From Limisphaerales bacterium (GTDB lineage Bacteria; Verrucomicrobiota; Verrucomicrobiia; Limisphaerales; CAIMTB01), in contig JBJXFY010000210.1 in assembly GCA_046155815.1 (NCBI GenBank), positions 1-39,688 on the forward strand: a stretch of 39,688 nt of DNA. Direction: 5' to 3'. The position numbers and the translations under genes were made by a program. Numbering within the stretch: position 1 is the first letter of the stretch; every line of letters starts with the position of its first letter. The notes under the pieces are model-generated. The model had not been told where the DNA came from, searched no databases, and saw only the letters and a program-made list of their open reading frames with translations. Positions 28,811 through 38,263 of the stretch are shown here, in pieces.

Positions 28811-30175
28811 ATGGAAGACGAATCGGCCAAGACGACGTGGGCAGAGGCCCTGTCGCTGCTGCGGGGCATGGCCTCCAGCAACATCTACGCGATGTGGTTT
28901 GCGCCCCTCGCCCCGGTGTCGCTCCGTGACGACACCCTGACGCTCACCGTCCCCAACGAATTCTTCGGCGTATGGGTTTCCGAGAACTACGCCGACCTCG
29001 TGCACCGTGCGCTGCTGGCCGCCACCGGGCGGCCGCTGACGGCACGCTTCCAGCCCGCCACCGGGCCGGTGGCGGTCAACGGCGCACCACCCCGCCCCGC
29101 CCCGCGTCCCCGCCCCGCACCCGCCGCGGTGCCCGAGCCGCCGGAGGAGGGGGAAACCACCAGGTTCAACCCGCTCAGCACCTTCGAGACGTTCGTGGTG
29201 GGCAACAACAATTTCGCCCATGCCGCCGCGCTGGCCGTCGCGCAGCTGCCGGGCCGCGCGTACAATCCCCTTTTCCTCTTCGGCGGCACCGGGCTCGGCA
29301 AGACGCACCTCCTCCACGCCATCGGCCAGCATGTCCGCGCCCAGCATCCCCGCGCGAGGATCGCGTACATCTCGTGCGAGCGCTTCACCAACCAGTACAT
29401 CGAGGCCCTCCAAAACGGGAAGGTGGCGAGGTTCCGGAAGCAGTTCCGCACGAAGGATGTCGTGCTCATCGATGACATCCAGTTCCTCGCCGGCAAGGAG
29501 CGCATCCAGGAGGAGTTCTTCCACACCTTCAACGAGCTTCACGAAGCCCGCCGCCAGATCGTCCTCGCCTGCGACCGTCCGGCCTCGGAGATTCAGGGGC
29601 TCCAAGAGCGTCTGGTTTCCCGCTTCGAGTGGGGCCAGGTCGCCGACCTGCATCCGCCGGACCGCGAGACGCGTTGCGCCATCCTGCGGAAGAAGGCGCG
29701 CGACAAGGGCTACCAGCTCCCGCCGGAGGTCATCGAGTTCCTCGCGGAGAACATCCAATCCAACGTCCGCCGCCTCGAGGGCGCCCTCACGCGCGTCGGC
29801 GCCTTCGCCGTGGTTCACCAGCCCGCGCTCACCGTGACGGCCGTGCGCGACCTGCTGCGCGACCTGCTCGCGGAGGAGGGCCGCCTGCGCCTCACCATCG
29901 AGTCAATCCAGCGCAGCGTCGCCGAACATTACGAGCTCCGGCTCGGGGATCTCCTCGGCCGCCGGCGGCCGGAGCACATCGTCTTCCCCCGGCAGGTCGC
30001 GATGTACCTGAGCCGTGAGATCCTCGGCAGCACCCTCAACATCATCGGCGAGGCCTTCGGCGGGCGCGACCACGGCACGGTGCTTCACGCCTGCCGCCAG
30101 GTCCGCGACCGCATGGAGACCGACGCCCAGGTCCGGAAGGTCGTCCTCCACCTTGAGCGCAAGCTGCGCGGGTAG
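28811..30175 (+). CDS. dnaA: Chromosomal replication initiator DnaA
   Basis: TFETFVVG, YNPLFLFGGTGLGKTHLL, IDDIQFLAGKERIQEEFFHTFN, RLVSRFEWG, FGGRDHGTVLHA. Confidence 0.98.
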   Translation: MEDESAKTTWAEALSLLRGMASSNIYAMWFAPLAPVSLRDDTLTLTVPNEFFGVWVSENYADLVHRALLAATGRPLTARFQPATGPVAVNGAPPRPAPRPRPAPAAVPEPPEEGETTRFNPLSTFETFVVGNNNFAHAAALAVAQLPGRAYNPLFLFGGTGLGKTHLLHAIGQHVRAQHPRARIAYISCERFTNQYIEALQNGKVARFRKQFRTKDVVLIDDIQFLAGKERIQEEFFHTFNELHEARRQIVLACDRPASEIQGLQERLVSRFEWGQVADLHPPDRETRCAILRKKARDKGYQLPPEVIEFLAENIQSNVRRLEGALTRVGAFAVVHQPALTVTAVRDLLRDLLAEEGRLRLTIESIQRSVAEHYELRLGDLLGRRRPEHIVFPRQVAMYLSREILGSTLNIIGEAFGGRDHGTVLHACRQVRDRMETDAQVRKVVLHLERKLRG

Positions 30176-30222
30176 CCGCCCGGCGTTGTCCGTCGGCGCG
30201 TTCCCGCCCAACCTGCCGCGGC

Positions 30223-31224
30223 ATGGACGCCCGCCCGCCTGTCATCGAGGTCCGCGGCCTCACCAAGACCTTCCGCACCTACAAGAAGCCACCCGGCCTT
30301 CGCGGCGCGCTGAAGGGTCTGTTCTCCCGCGAGCACGAGGACGTGCACGCCGCACGCGACATCACGTTCACCGTCCGCGAAGGCGAGTTCGTCGGCTTTC
30401 TCGGGCCGAACGGCGCGGGCAAGACCACCACGCTCAAGATGCTTGCCGGCCTGCTGTACCCGACCAGTGGCGAGGCGCGCGTGCTCGGCTTCGTGCCGTG
30501 GGAACGCGCCGACGGCTACCGCCGGCAATTTGCCCTCCTGCTCGGGCAGAAGAACCAGCTCTGGTGGGATCTGCCGGCCAGCGAATCCCTCGCGCTGAAC
30601 GCCCGCATCTACGGCCTCCCCAAGGCCGATGCCGACCGGACGGTCGCCGACTTGGCCGACCTGCTCGACGTGGCACCCAAGCTCAACACGATGGTCCGCG
30701 AGCTCTCGCTCGGCGAGCGGCTGACGTGCGAGCTGATCGCCGCCCTGCTCCCCCGGCCGCGCGTGCTCTTCCGCGACGAGCCGACCATCGGCCTCGACGT
30801 CGTCTCGCAGCAGCGCGTCCGCGAGTTCCTCCGCGAGTACAACTCCCGCCATCACACCACCATCCTGCTCACGAGCCACTACATGGCCGACATCGAGGCG
30901 CTGTGCGAACGGGTCGTGGTGGTTGACCGCGGCACGCTGTTCTTCGACGGGCCATTGGCGGAGATGACGAGCCGCTTCATGCAGCACAAGCTCATCACCG
31001 TCCGCACCGAGGGCGCGTGCCCCGAGGGCAGAAACCTGACACGCTACGGCGAGGTCCTCGAGCGCACCTCGGCCGGCGTGAAGCTCAAGGTCCCGCGCGC
31101 CCGCGTCGTGCCCGTATGCAAGGCCCTGCTCGACGAGCTGCCCGTGCACGACCTCGACATCGAGGAGGTGCCCATCGAGGAGGTCATCCGGCAGATCTTC
31201 GCGCGGGAAGCGGCGGCGGCGTGA
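30223..31224 (+). CDS. ABC-2 type transporter ATPase (no adjacent permease)
   Basis: GPNGAGKTT, GQKNQLWWDLP, LSLGER, DEPTIGLD, LTSHYM. Confidence 0.9.
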   Translation: MDARPPVIEVRGLTKTFRTYKKPPGLRGALKGLFSREHEDVHAARDITFTVREGEFVGFLGPNGAGKTTTLKMLAGLLYPTSGEARVLGFVPWERADGYRRQFALLLGQKNQLWWDLPASESLALNARIYGLPKADADRTVADLADLLDVAPKLNTMVRELSLGERLTCELIAALLPRPRVLFRDEPTIGLDVVSQQRVREFLREYNSRHHTTILLTSHYMADIEALCERVVVVDRGTLFFDGPLAEMTSRFMQHKLITVRTEGACPEGRNLTRYGEVLERTSAGVKLKVPRARVVPVCKALLDELPVHDLDIEEVPIEEVIRQIFAREAAAA

Positions 31225-31285
31225 ACGTCTTCGCTTGTGCCGACCGCGGCCGCCGGGTGTCATGGGCCCGGATGCTTGTCCGGAC

Positions 31286-32215
31286 ATGAAGACCCAGGTC
31301 GCGCGGATGGTCTCCCGCACTCTCGCCCTCACGCTCGGACCGCGGCGCTTCGAGGCGCTGCTTGTCCGCGCCTGCTCGTCGCCGCACTGGCGCCGGCGGC
31401 TGCGGGCCGGGGCCTTTGTGCACCCGTACACCGCCGCGCTCGAGGGACACCAGCCCCGCGCCGCCGAACTGCCCGGCTACCGGCTCTGGGTTAACATCCG
31501 CGAGCCGATCGGTTATACGCACTACTTCTACCGCACGCACATGCCGCCGCCGTTCCTCCACGGCCTGCTGGCGGAGGCGCACTCCTTCTTCGACATCGGG
31601 GCCAACATGGGAAGCTGGACGTTGTTTGCGGCGGCGGCCGGCGCGCGCACGGCCCGGGTCCACGCCTTCGAGCCCAACCCGGTCAACGCCGGGCTGATCC
31701 GCCGTTCCTTGCAGGACAACGGCTTCACGGACCGCGTGGTCCTTGACGAACGCGCCCTGTCCGAAACCACCGGTCAGCACCTTACCTTCTACCTGTCCAC
31801 GGACCCGCAGAACTCCGGGCAGTCGTCGCTGGTGAACCATGGCCATAACACCGACCCCCGCCACACCCTCGAGGTCACCACCGTCACGCTGGACGATTAC
31901 TGCGCCGGGTCCGGCGTGGAGGAGGTGGACTTCGCCAAGATTGACGTTGAGCGCGCCGAGGCGTTGGTCGTGCGCGGCATGGCCGGGCTGCTCGCCCGCC
32001 GCCGCATCCACCACCTGTACGTCGAGCTTGTGGCCGGCGACGAGGCGCACTGCCTGCTGCGCGCGGCGGGCTATGCCGGGTTCGTGGCGGACCGGACGGC
32101 GCCCGGCCGATGGCTGCCGGACGGGCAGGTGAAGGAGGGCGAATTCCTCGACCTGCTGTTCGTCAGCCCGGATCGCGCCGCGGCGTTCCGCCAACGTCAC
32201 CGCCTCGCCGGCTGA
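31286..32215 (+). CDS. FkbM family methyltransferase
   Basis: FFDIGANMG, VHAFEPNP, VTLDDY, KIDVERAE. Confidence 0.88.
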   Translation: MKTQVARMVSRTLALTLGPRRFEALLVRACSSPHWRRRLRAGAFVHPYTAALEGHQPRAAELPGYRLWVNIREPIGYTHYFYRTHMPPPFLHGLLAEAHSFFDIGANMGSWTLFAAAAGARTARVHAFEPNPVNAGLIRRSLQDNGFTDRVVLDERALSETTGQHLTFYLSTDPQNSGQSSLVNHGHNTDPRHTLEVTTVTLDDYCAGSGVEEVDFAKIDVERAEALVVRGMAGLLARRRIHHLYVELVAGDEAHCLLRAAGYAGFVADRTAPGRWLPDGQVKEGEFLDLLFVSPDRAAAFRQRHRLAG

Positions 32216-32222
32216 GGCCGCC

Positions 32223-33209
32223 TCAACGGCCCGCCGCCGCGCCGCCCGCGGCGGCGTCCGTCCCGCGCCGCCTGCCTCCCGCCAGCCGCGCCAGCGCCGG
32301 GGCCAGCCCCAGCGCCGGGCTCATGATCACCAGCACGCCCGCGAGGATCACCCCCGTCGCCAGCAGCGTGCGGCCGGTAATGGCCTCGCCGCCCAGCAGC
32401 GCGCCCAGCAGCACGGCCACGACGGGGTTCACGAAGGCGTAGGTCGAGACCTTGGCCGGCGTGCTCGCGCGCAGCAGCCACATGTAGGCCGTGAAGCCAA
32501 GCCACGAGCCGAACACGATCAGGTACGCCAGCGCCGCCAGCGACTCCCCGGAAACCTGCGCCCACGCGAACCGCCCCGGCTCGCCCGTCGCCGCCGCGAA
32601 GCCGAACATCACCGTGCCGCCCGCGATCATCTGCATCGCCACACCCAGCGCCGGCGAGGCCGGCTGCGGAACGTGCCGTGAGTAGATCGAGCCCGTCGCC
32701 CACGCCGCGCAGGCGAAGACCAGCGCCACGATCCCCGGCAGGCTTCCCGGCCCGACCAGCCCGCCCGGCCGCAGCAGCAGCGCCACGCCCGCGAAGCCGA
32801 CCGCGATGCCCGCCGCCGTCAGCAACGTGGGCCGCTTCCCGCCCGGCCGTGCCCATTCGCCGAGCGCGAACCACGCCGGCGCGGTTGCGATCATCAGCGC
32901 CGCCACGCTCGACGGCACGTACTGCTCCGCCCACGTGACACCGCCGTTGCCGCCCGCCAGCAGCGCCGTGCCGATGATCCCCGCGTGCTTCCAGTCCCGC
33001 GCCGCCGGCCGGGGCGCGCCGCGAAGCCTCAGGAAGCTGTACATCAGTGCGCCCGCGACGAAGAAGCGCGTCCCGGCCAGCAGCCCCGGCGGTATCGTTC
33101 CCACGCCGAGCTTGATGGCCAGGTAGGTTGAACCCCAGACGAGATAGACGGTGAGGAACGCCGCTGTCACGAGGGACCGAGGCGCGGCAATGGGAGACTC
33201 GCTGTTCAT
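32223..33209 (-). CDS. EamA family drug/metabolite transporter (YedA-like)
   Basis: VYLVWGSTYLAIK, RFFVAG, GGNGGVTWAEQ, YLIVFGSWLGFTAY, STYAFVNPVVAV. Confidence 0.92.
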   Translation of the reverse strand: MNSESPIAAPRSLVTAAFLTVYLVWGSTYLAIKLGVGTIPPGLLAGTRFFVAGALMYSFLRLRGAPRPAARDWKHAGIIGTALLAGGNGGVTWAEQYVPSSVAALMIATAPAWFALGEWARPGGKRPTLLTAAGIAVGFAGVALLLRPGGLVGPGSLPGIVALVFACAAWATGSIYSRHVPQPASPALGVAMQMIAGGTVMFGFAAATGEPGRFAWAQVSGESLAALAYLIVFGSWLGFTAYMWLLRASTPAKVSTYAFVNPVVAVLLGALLGGEAITGRTLLATGVILAGVLVIMSPALGLAPALARLAGGRRRGTDAAAGGAAAGR

Positions 33210-33246
33210 GGTGTGGGATCCTTCGTCCGGAAGGCGAACCGGCGGG

Positions 33247-33280
33247 AAAAACGAAAAACCCGCCGGGCCTAGGCGGGTTT
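33247..33280 (-). terminator. Intrinsic terminator (attenuator) upstream of the EamA gene
   Basis: Minus strand AAACCCGCC-TAGGCCC-GGCGGGTTTTTCGTTTTT, ending 38 nt upstream of the start codon, with no same-strand gene directly upstream. Confidence 0.75.
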
Positions 33281-33303
33281 CGGAAACGTGCTGGCTGCTC
33301 AGT

Positions 33304-33381
33304 TCAACGTGCTTCCTCCCGCCCTCCGGCCACGGCCCACTTGCGGGCGTGGCGCGGCGCGACCGCGGCCATCGCATTCAT
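33304..33381 (-). CDS. Putative leader peptide MNAMAAVAPRHARKWAVAGGREEAR
   Basis: Short ORF between a TTGACA box and the attenuator hairpin; could alternatively start at GTG 33426. Confidence 0.35.
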   Translation of the reverse strand: MNAMAAVAPRHARKWAVAGGREEAR

Positions 33382-33435
33382 GCGACGGACGGCCGGAGCC
33401 TTCAGGATGACGGTGCGGTCCAGCACGAGGCGCTG

Positions 33436-33465
33436 AGGCTGCGGGCCGGGCCGGCCGCCTGTCAA
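33436..33465 (-). promoter_or_regulatory. Candidate sigma70 promoter for the EamA leader
   Basis: Perfect TTGACA (33465-33460), N18, CAGCCT. Confidence 0.45.
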
Positions 33466-33593
33466 TGCGGCGTGCCGGGCGAGGCCCGGCACGGATCCCG
33501 CCCGGCGCGGGACGCAGCCCGTCCGGGGATTGGCCGACGCCAAGGCCAGCCACGGGTTTGTCCCGTGGCCGTCGCCCGGCCTACGCTGCCGCC

Positions 33594-34358
33594 GTGAAGC
33601 TGATCTCGTGGAACGTCAACGGACTCCGCGCCATCCTGCGGAAGAATTTCCTCGACTATCTCGCCGCCGAGCGGCCGGACGTGCTGTGTCTCCAGGAGAC
33701 GAAATGCACGCCGGACGACGTGGAGAGGCTGTGGCCGGCCGACTACCTGACGCACTGGAACTCCGCCGCGAAAAAGGGGTACTCGGGCGTGGCGCTCTTC
33801 ACGCGCACGCCGCCGCTGAAGGTGTCCACCGGCATCGGCCACGCGGAGCACGACGGCGAGGGCCGCGTGCTGACGGCCGAGTTCCCGGACTTCTTCCTGG
33901 TGAACGTCTATGTCCCCAACTCCAGGCGCGAGCTCACGCGCCTGCCGTACCGCCAGCAGTGGGACCGCGACTTCCTCGCCTACCTGAAGAAGCTGGAGCG
34001 GACGAAGCCCGTGGTCTGGTGCGGCGACCTGAACGTGGCGCACACCGAGCTGGACCTCGCGAACCCGAAGGCCAACGTGAGGAATCACGGCTTCACGCCC
34101 GAGGAAAGGGCGGGCTTCGGCGAATTCCTGAGGGCCGGGTTCCTCGACACGTTCCGCGAGTTCGAGAAGGGCGGTGGACACTACACCTGGTGGAGCCCGA
34201 TGGGCGGTGCCCGCGCGCGGAACGTGGGGTGGCGGCTGGACTACTTCCTCCTCTCCCCGGCGCTGCGCCCGCGCCTGAAGTCCGCCTTCATCCGCCCCGC
34301 GGTCACGGGCAGCGACCATTGCCCGGTCGGAGTCGAACTGGCGACCCGGACCGCGTGA
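33594..34358 (+). CDS. xth: Exodeoxyribonuclease III / AP endonuclease
   Basis: KLISWNVNGLRA, LCLQETK, GYSGVA, NVYVPN, CGDLNVAH, GWRLDYF, SDHCP. Confidence 0.96.
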   Translation: MKLISWNVNGLRAILRKNFLDYLAAERPDVLCLQETKCTPDDVERLWPADYLTHWNSAAKKGYSGVALFTRTPPLKVSTGIGHAEHDGEGRVLTAEFPDFFLVNVYVPNSRRELTRLPYRQQWDRDFLAYLKKLERTKPVVWCGDLNVAHTELDLANPKANVRNHGFTPEERAGFGEFLRAGFLDTFREFEKGGGHYTWWSPMGGARARNVGWRLDYFLLSPALRPRLKSAFIRPAVTGSDHCPVGVELATRTA

Positions 34359-34636
34359 TCGCCCCGGGATCCCTGCCCGGTGCGGGGGAATGGAGTTCAT
34401 GATGCCCGCCGAATCCCAAGAAATTGCCCGAAGTCCGGGGTGCAGGATCTCAGTCCACAGGATCTCGAGACTGCGCAGGCCCCGTGGATGTCCCGCCCGC
34501 GGGCGAAGGTTCCTTCCGCCCGGATTCTCGTCGGGCGGCCCTGGGCCGCCGCTGGGAATCCTGAACGCTCGTCCGGCGGTCGCGCCGTGGTGCGGCCGGT
34601 CGGCGCATCGCCGCGCCGCGGGGCCTGGGTGCGGCT

Positions 34637-36244
34637 TCAGGCCGTGCCGCGCCGCACAATCGAGTCGCGCTGCGCCCACGCGGGATCGGCGGCGGGATGG
34701 TCGAGGTTGTAGTGCAGGCCGCGGCTCTCGGGACGGCCGAGGGCCGAACGCACGATGATCTCGGCGACGGTGGCGATGTTGCGCAGTTCGAGCAGGTCGG
34801 GCGTGACGATGATGTCCCAGTAATACTCGGCGATCTCCTCCTGGAGGTTGGCAAGGCGTGTGGCGGCGCGGCGGAGGCGCTTGTTGGTCCGCACGATGCC
34901 CACGTAGTCCCACATCAGGCGCCGGATCTCGTCCCAGTTGTGCGAGACCACGACCATCTCGTCCGCGTCGTGGGCCTGGCCGGCCTCCCACGGGGGCAGC
35001 GTTTCCGTCACGGGTGCCGGGGCGGCCGCGGCGAGGAGGCGGGCGGCGGCGCGGCGGGCGCAGACCAAGGCCTCGAGCAGGGAGTTGCTGGCCAGCCGGT
35101 TCGCGCCGTGCAGGCCGGTGCAGGCCACCTCGCCGATGGCCAGCAGGCCGGGCAGCTCCGTCGTGCCGTCGAGGCCGGTCACGACGCCGCCGCATTGGTA
35201 GTGCGCCGCGGGCACCACGGGCACCGGCTCCTTGGTCATGTCCACGCCGTACTCCAGGCAGGTCCGGTAGATGTTGGGGAAATGGCCGATGATGAACGGC
35301 GCGGGCCGGTGCGTGATGTCGAGCCACATGTGGTCGCTGCCGGTGCGCTTCATCTCCGCGTCAATCGCGCGCGCCACCACGTCGCGTGGCGCAAGGGACT
35401 TCAGCGGATGGTACTTCGCCATGAACTCCGCGCCGTCGCTCGTCCTCAGCACGCCTCCTTCGCCGCGTACGGCCTCGGAGATGAGGAAGGACTTGGCCTG
35501 GGGATGGTACAGGCACGTCGGGTGGAACTGGATGAACTCCATGTTCGCGACGGGCACCCCCGCGCGCCAGGCCATCGCCACGCCGTCGCCGGTCGCGATG
35601 TCGGGGTTGGTCGTGTAGAGATAGACCTTCCCGCAGCCGCCGGTGGCGAGGACGGTGACGGGTGCAGCGAAGGCCACGACCCCGCGCGCCGCCTCGTCGA
35701 GCACATACACGCCCAGGCAGCGGTTCGGGCCGGCGAGGCCGAGCTTGGCGGCCGTGATAAGGTCAATGGCCAGGTGCCGCTCGAAGACGCTGATCTGCGG
35801 GTGGCTCGCGATGGCCTGGAGCAGCGCGCGCTCGATCTCCCGGCCGGTCACGTCACGCGCGTGGAGGATGCGGCGCTTCGAGTGGCCGCCCTCGCGCGTG
35901 AGGTCCGGGCCGGCCGCGCCCGGCTCGTCGCGCGCGTCGAACTTCATGCCCAGCGCGACCAGTTCGGCGATGGCGGCGGGGCCCTCGCCGAGGATGCTGC
36001 GCACCGCTTGCTCGTGGCAGAGGCCCGCGCCGGCGGCGAGCGTGTCGCGGACGTGCAGCTCGACCGAGTCCTCGGGGCTCATCACGGCGGCGATGCCGCC
36101 CTGTGCCCAGTTCGTGTTCGAGTCGGCGCGCTGCTTCTTGGTGATGATGGCAACGCGGCCACGATCCGCGACCTTGAGGGCGAACATCAGCCCCGCAATG
36201 CCGCTGCCGAGGACGAGGAAGTCGAACCGCCGCGTGTCCACCAT
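34637..36244 (-). CDS. nadB: L-aspartate oxidase
   Basis: GSGIAGL, WAQGGIA, REGGHSKRRILH, EFIQFHPT, LISEAVRGEG, AHYQCGGV, GLHGANRLASNSLLE. Confidence 0.96.
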   Translation of the reverse strand: MVDTRRFDFLVLGSGIAGLMFALKVADRGRVAIITKKQRADSNTNWAQGGIAAVMSPEDSVELHVRDTLAAGAGLCHEQAVRSILGEGPAAIAELVALGMKFDARDEPGAAGPDLTREGGHSKRRILHARDVTGREIERALLQAIASHPQISVFERHLAIDLITAAKLGLAGPNRCLGVYVLDEAARGVVAFAAPVTVLATGGCGKVYLYTTNPDIATGDGVAMAWRAGVPVANMEFIQFHPTCLYHPQAKSFLISEAVRGEGGVLRTSDGAEFMAKYHPLKSLAPRDVVARAIDAEMKRTGSDHMWLDITHRPAPFIIGHFPNIYRTCLEYGVDMTKEPVPVVPAAHYQCGGVVTGLDGTTELPGLLAIGEVACTGLHGANRLASNSLLEALVCARRAAARLLAAAAPAPVTETLPPWEAGQAHDADEMVVVSHNWDEIRRLMWDYVGIVRTNKRLRRAATRLANLQEEIAEYYWDIIVTPDLLELRNIATVAEIIVRSALGRPESRGLHYNLDHPAADPAWAQRDSIVRRGTA

Positions 36245-36299
36245 GATGGAGGCTTCAAGCGGCCGGGGCGGATGGCAAGGCCGGCCGCGGTGGGCGTGC

Positions 36300-37007
36300 C
36301 TAGGTCCACGGCTGGATGCGGCTGTCGAGCGCGAGGACCTGGCCGGAGATGTCGCGCGCGGCCAGCAGTTGCACGGCGAAGCGGGCGGCCTCGGCGGGAT
36401 CGTCGGCACGGGGCAGGGCCTTGGACGACGTCATGGCCGCGACCTGCCCCGCGTCGAGTCCGGCGGCCAGCCCGCCGGGCAGCACGCCGGGGAGCAGCAC
36501 GTTCACGCAGATGTTCCGGCCGCCGACCTCGCGGGCGAGCGACTGCGCGAGGCCGATCAGGCCGGCCTTGGACGCCGCGTACGCGCTCCGGCCCGCGCCG
36601 CCGCCGCGCGCGGCGTGCGAACCGACGAAGAGCAGGTGGCCCCCGCGCTGGCGCAGCATCGGCCGGAGCGCGGCACGGGCGCAGAGGAACGCCCCGCGGA
36701 GGTTCACGGCCATCACTTCGTCCCACGCCGCCACGTCGAGGCGCGGCAGCGTGGCGTCACGGGCAATGCCGGCGTTGGCGACCAGGGCGTCGAGGCGGCC
36801 CCAGCGCGCCATGGTTCCTTCCACCATCGCGTCCACGGCCGTCCGGTCGGTGACGTCGCAGCGGGTCGGCCAGACCGCGTCGCCGGCGGCCTCGGGGGCG
36901 GAGGAGTTTCCGGCCGCGGCAACGCGCCAGCCGGCCTCGGCCAGCGCCTGAACCAGCGCCGCGCCCAGGAAACCGGCCGCGCCGGTGACGATGGCGACGG
37001 GGGTCAT
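36300..37007 (-). CDS. Short-chain dehydrogenase/reductase (FabG-like)
   Basis: TGAAGFLG, ANAGIARD, VNLRG, YAASKAGL. Confidence 0.9.
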   Translation of the reverse strand: MTPVAIVTGAAGFLGAALVQALAEAGWRVAAAGNSSAPEAAGDAVWPTRCDVTDRTAVDAMVEGTMARWGRLDALVANAGIARDATLPRLDVAAWDEVMAVNLRGAFLCARAALRPMLRQRGGHLLFVGSHAARGGGAGRSAYAASKAGLIGLAQSLAREVGGRNICVNVLLPGVLPGGLAAGLDAGQVAAMTSSKALPRADDPAEAARFAVQLLAARDISGQVLALDSRIQPWT

Positions 37008-38260
37008 TGGTTGTGTCCTGCTGGCGGCATGGCCCATTCCCCGGCGATCATCGAGGCGGCCACTGGGCCGGCGTGGGCGGTGACGGCGTACGCCGCGGCC
37101 GCGGCGGCCGCACCGGCGTAGGGAATGGCGATCAGGTCGGCGTCCGCGTGCGGGCGGAGTTCGCCGCGACGGCCGGCGAGCCCGAGGGCTCGGGCCGGGT
37201 TCACCGTCACGGCGCGCAGCAGCGCGCCGGGTTCGGGCGCGGGCTTGGCGGCGGCGCAGGCGCGGAGTTCGTCGAAGAGGCTCAGGCGCGGCAGCGTCCG
37301 GCCCTGCACGCGCGTGCTGAGCAGGCTGTCGGTGCCGAGGCAGACATTCACGCCGGCCCGTTCGAGGACTTCGCGGGGGAACCGCTGGTGGCCGAAGTAG
37401 GCGTGGCTCTGCGGACAATGGACCACGCTCGTGCCGGACTCCGCGAGCAGGGGGGCGTCGGCCCCGTCGAGGTAGTTCACATGGGCCAGCAGCGTGTGCG
37501 GGCCGAGGGCGTCGCAGCGCGCGAGGTGGGCCACGGGCGAGCCGAGGCCGCAGTCGCCCATGTCCCGCTGCGGCGCAAGCCAGTCGTGCATCGGCCCGCG
37601 GCGGTGCATGAACATGGAAAACTCCTCGACCGACTCCGCCGCGTGGATCGTCAGGGGCAGGCCACGCTCGCGCGCCGCCTGCGCGGCGAGCGTGACCAAC
37701 CGGGCGGTGGTGGAGTACGGTGCGTGCGGGGAAAGGCCCGCCGCCCCGTGGCCGACGCGCAGGCGGCCCGCCAGCGCGAGGGCGTCGCCGAGCGTCCTCT
37801 CCGGCGGCCGGCCGCGGCGGAGGCCCGTCATTTCGAGGCAGGAGACGATGCGCAGAGGCGTGGCCTCGCGGACCTCGGGCAGCAGCTCGGGAACAGCCGC
37901 GACGTCCACGACGGTCGTGGCGCCGGAGGCCAGCATCTGCCGCGCGCCGGCGAGCCAGGACAGCGCGAACTCGGACCAGCCCCAGCCCGCCTTGAGCGCG
38001 AGCACGCCCTTGATCCAGTCCGTGAACGAGCGTGGCGGCGGCAGGTGGCCGGCGAAGCCCGTGTACTCGAGGTGGCAGTGCGCGTTGATGAGGCCCGGCA
38101 GCAGGATGACGTCGCCCAGGTCCGTCACCGTTCCGGACGAGGCGCGGCGGAGGTCCGGCCAGGGGCCGACCGCGGCGATGCGCCCGCCCGAAACGAGCAC
38201 CGCGCCGTCCCCGAGGGGCGGCGCGGTGACGGGAAGGACGACGCGGGCGCGCAGGAGCAT
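37004..38260 (-). CDS. Metal-dependent amidohydrolase (SsnA/MtaD/aminofutalosine deaminase-like)
   Basis: LPGLINAHCHLE, SPHAPYS, IHAAES, HCPQS, LGTDS, ADLI. Confidence 0.88.
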   Translation of the reverse strand: MLLRARVVLPVTAPPLGDGAVLVSGGRIAAVGPWPDLRRASSGTVTDLGDVILLPGLINAHCHLEYTGFAGHLPPPRSFTDWIKGVLALKAGWGWSEFALSWLAGARQMLASGATTVVDVAAVPELLPEVREATPLRIVSCLEMTGLRRGRPPERTLGDALALAGRLRVGHGAAGLSPHAPYSTTARLVTLAAQAARERGLPLTIHAAESVEEFSMFMHRRGPMHDWLAPQRDMGDCGLGSPVAHLARCDALGPHTLLAHVNYLDGADAPLLAESGTSVVHCPQSHAYFGHQRFPREVLERAGVNVCLGTDSLLSTRVQGRTLPRLSLFDELRACAAAKPAPEPGALLRAVTVNPARALGLAGRRGELRPHADADLIAIPYAGAAAAAAAYAVTAHAGPVAASMIAGEWAMPPAGHNQ

Positions 38261-38263
38261 CGC

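Noticed and set aside
34359-34636. 278-bp gap between convergent xth and nadB with a CAGGATCTC direct repeat
   Set aside because: No credible ORF, RNA gene or terminator; a two-copy 9-mer is weak evidence.
34697-36853. 718-aa plus-strand ORF and similar long overlapping ORFs
   Set aside because: Antisense shadows of nadB and the SDR gene.
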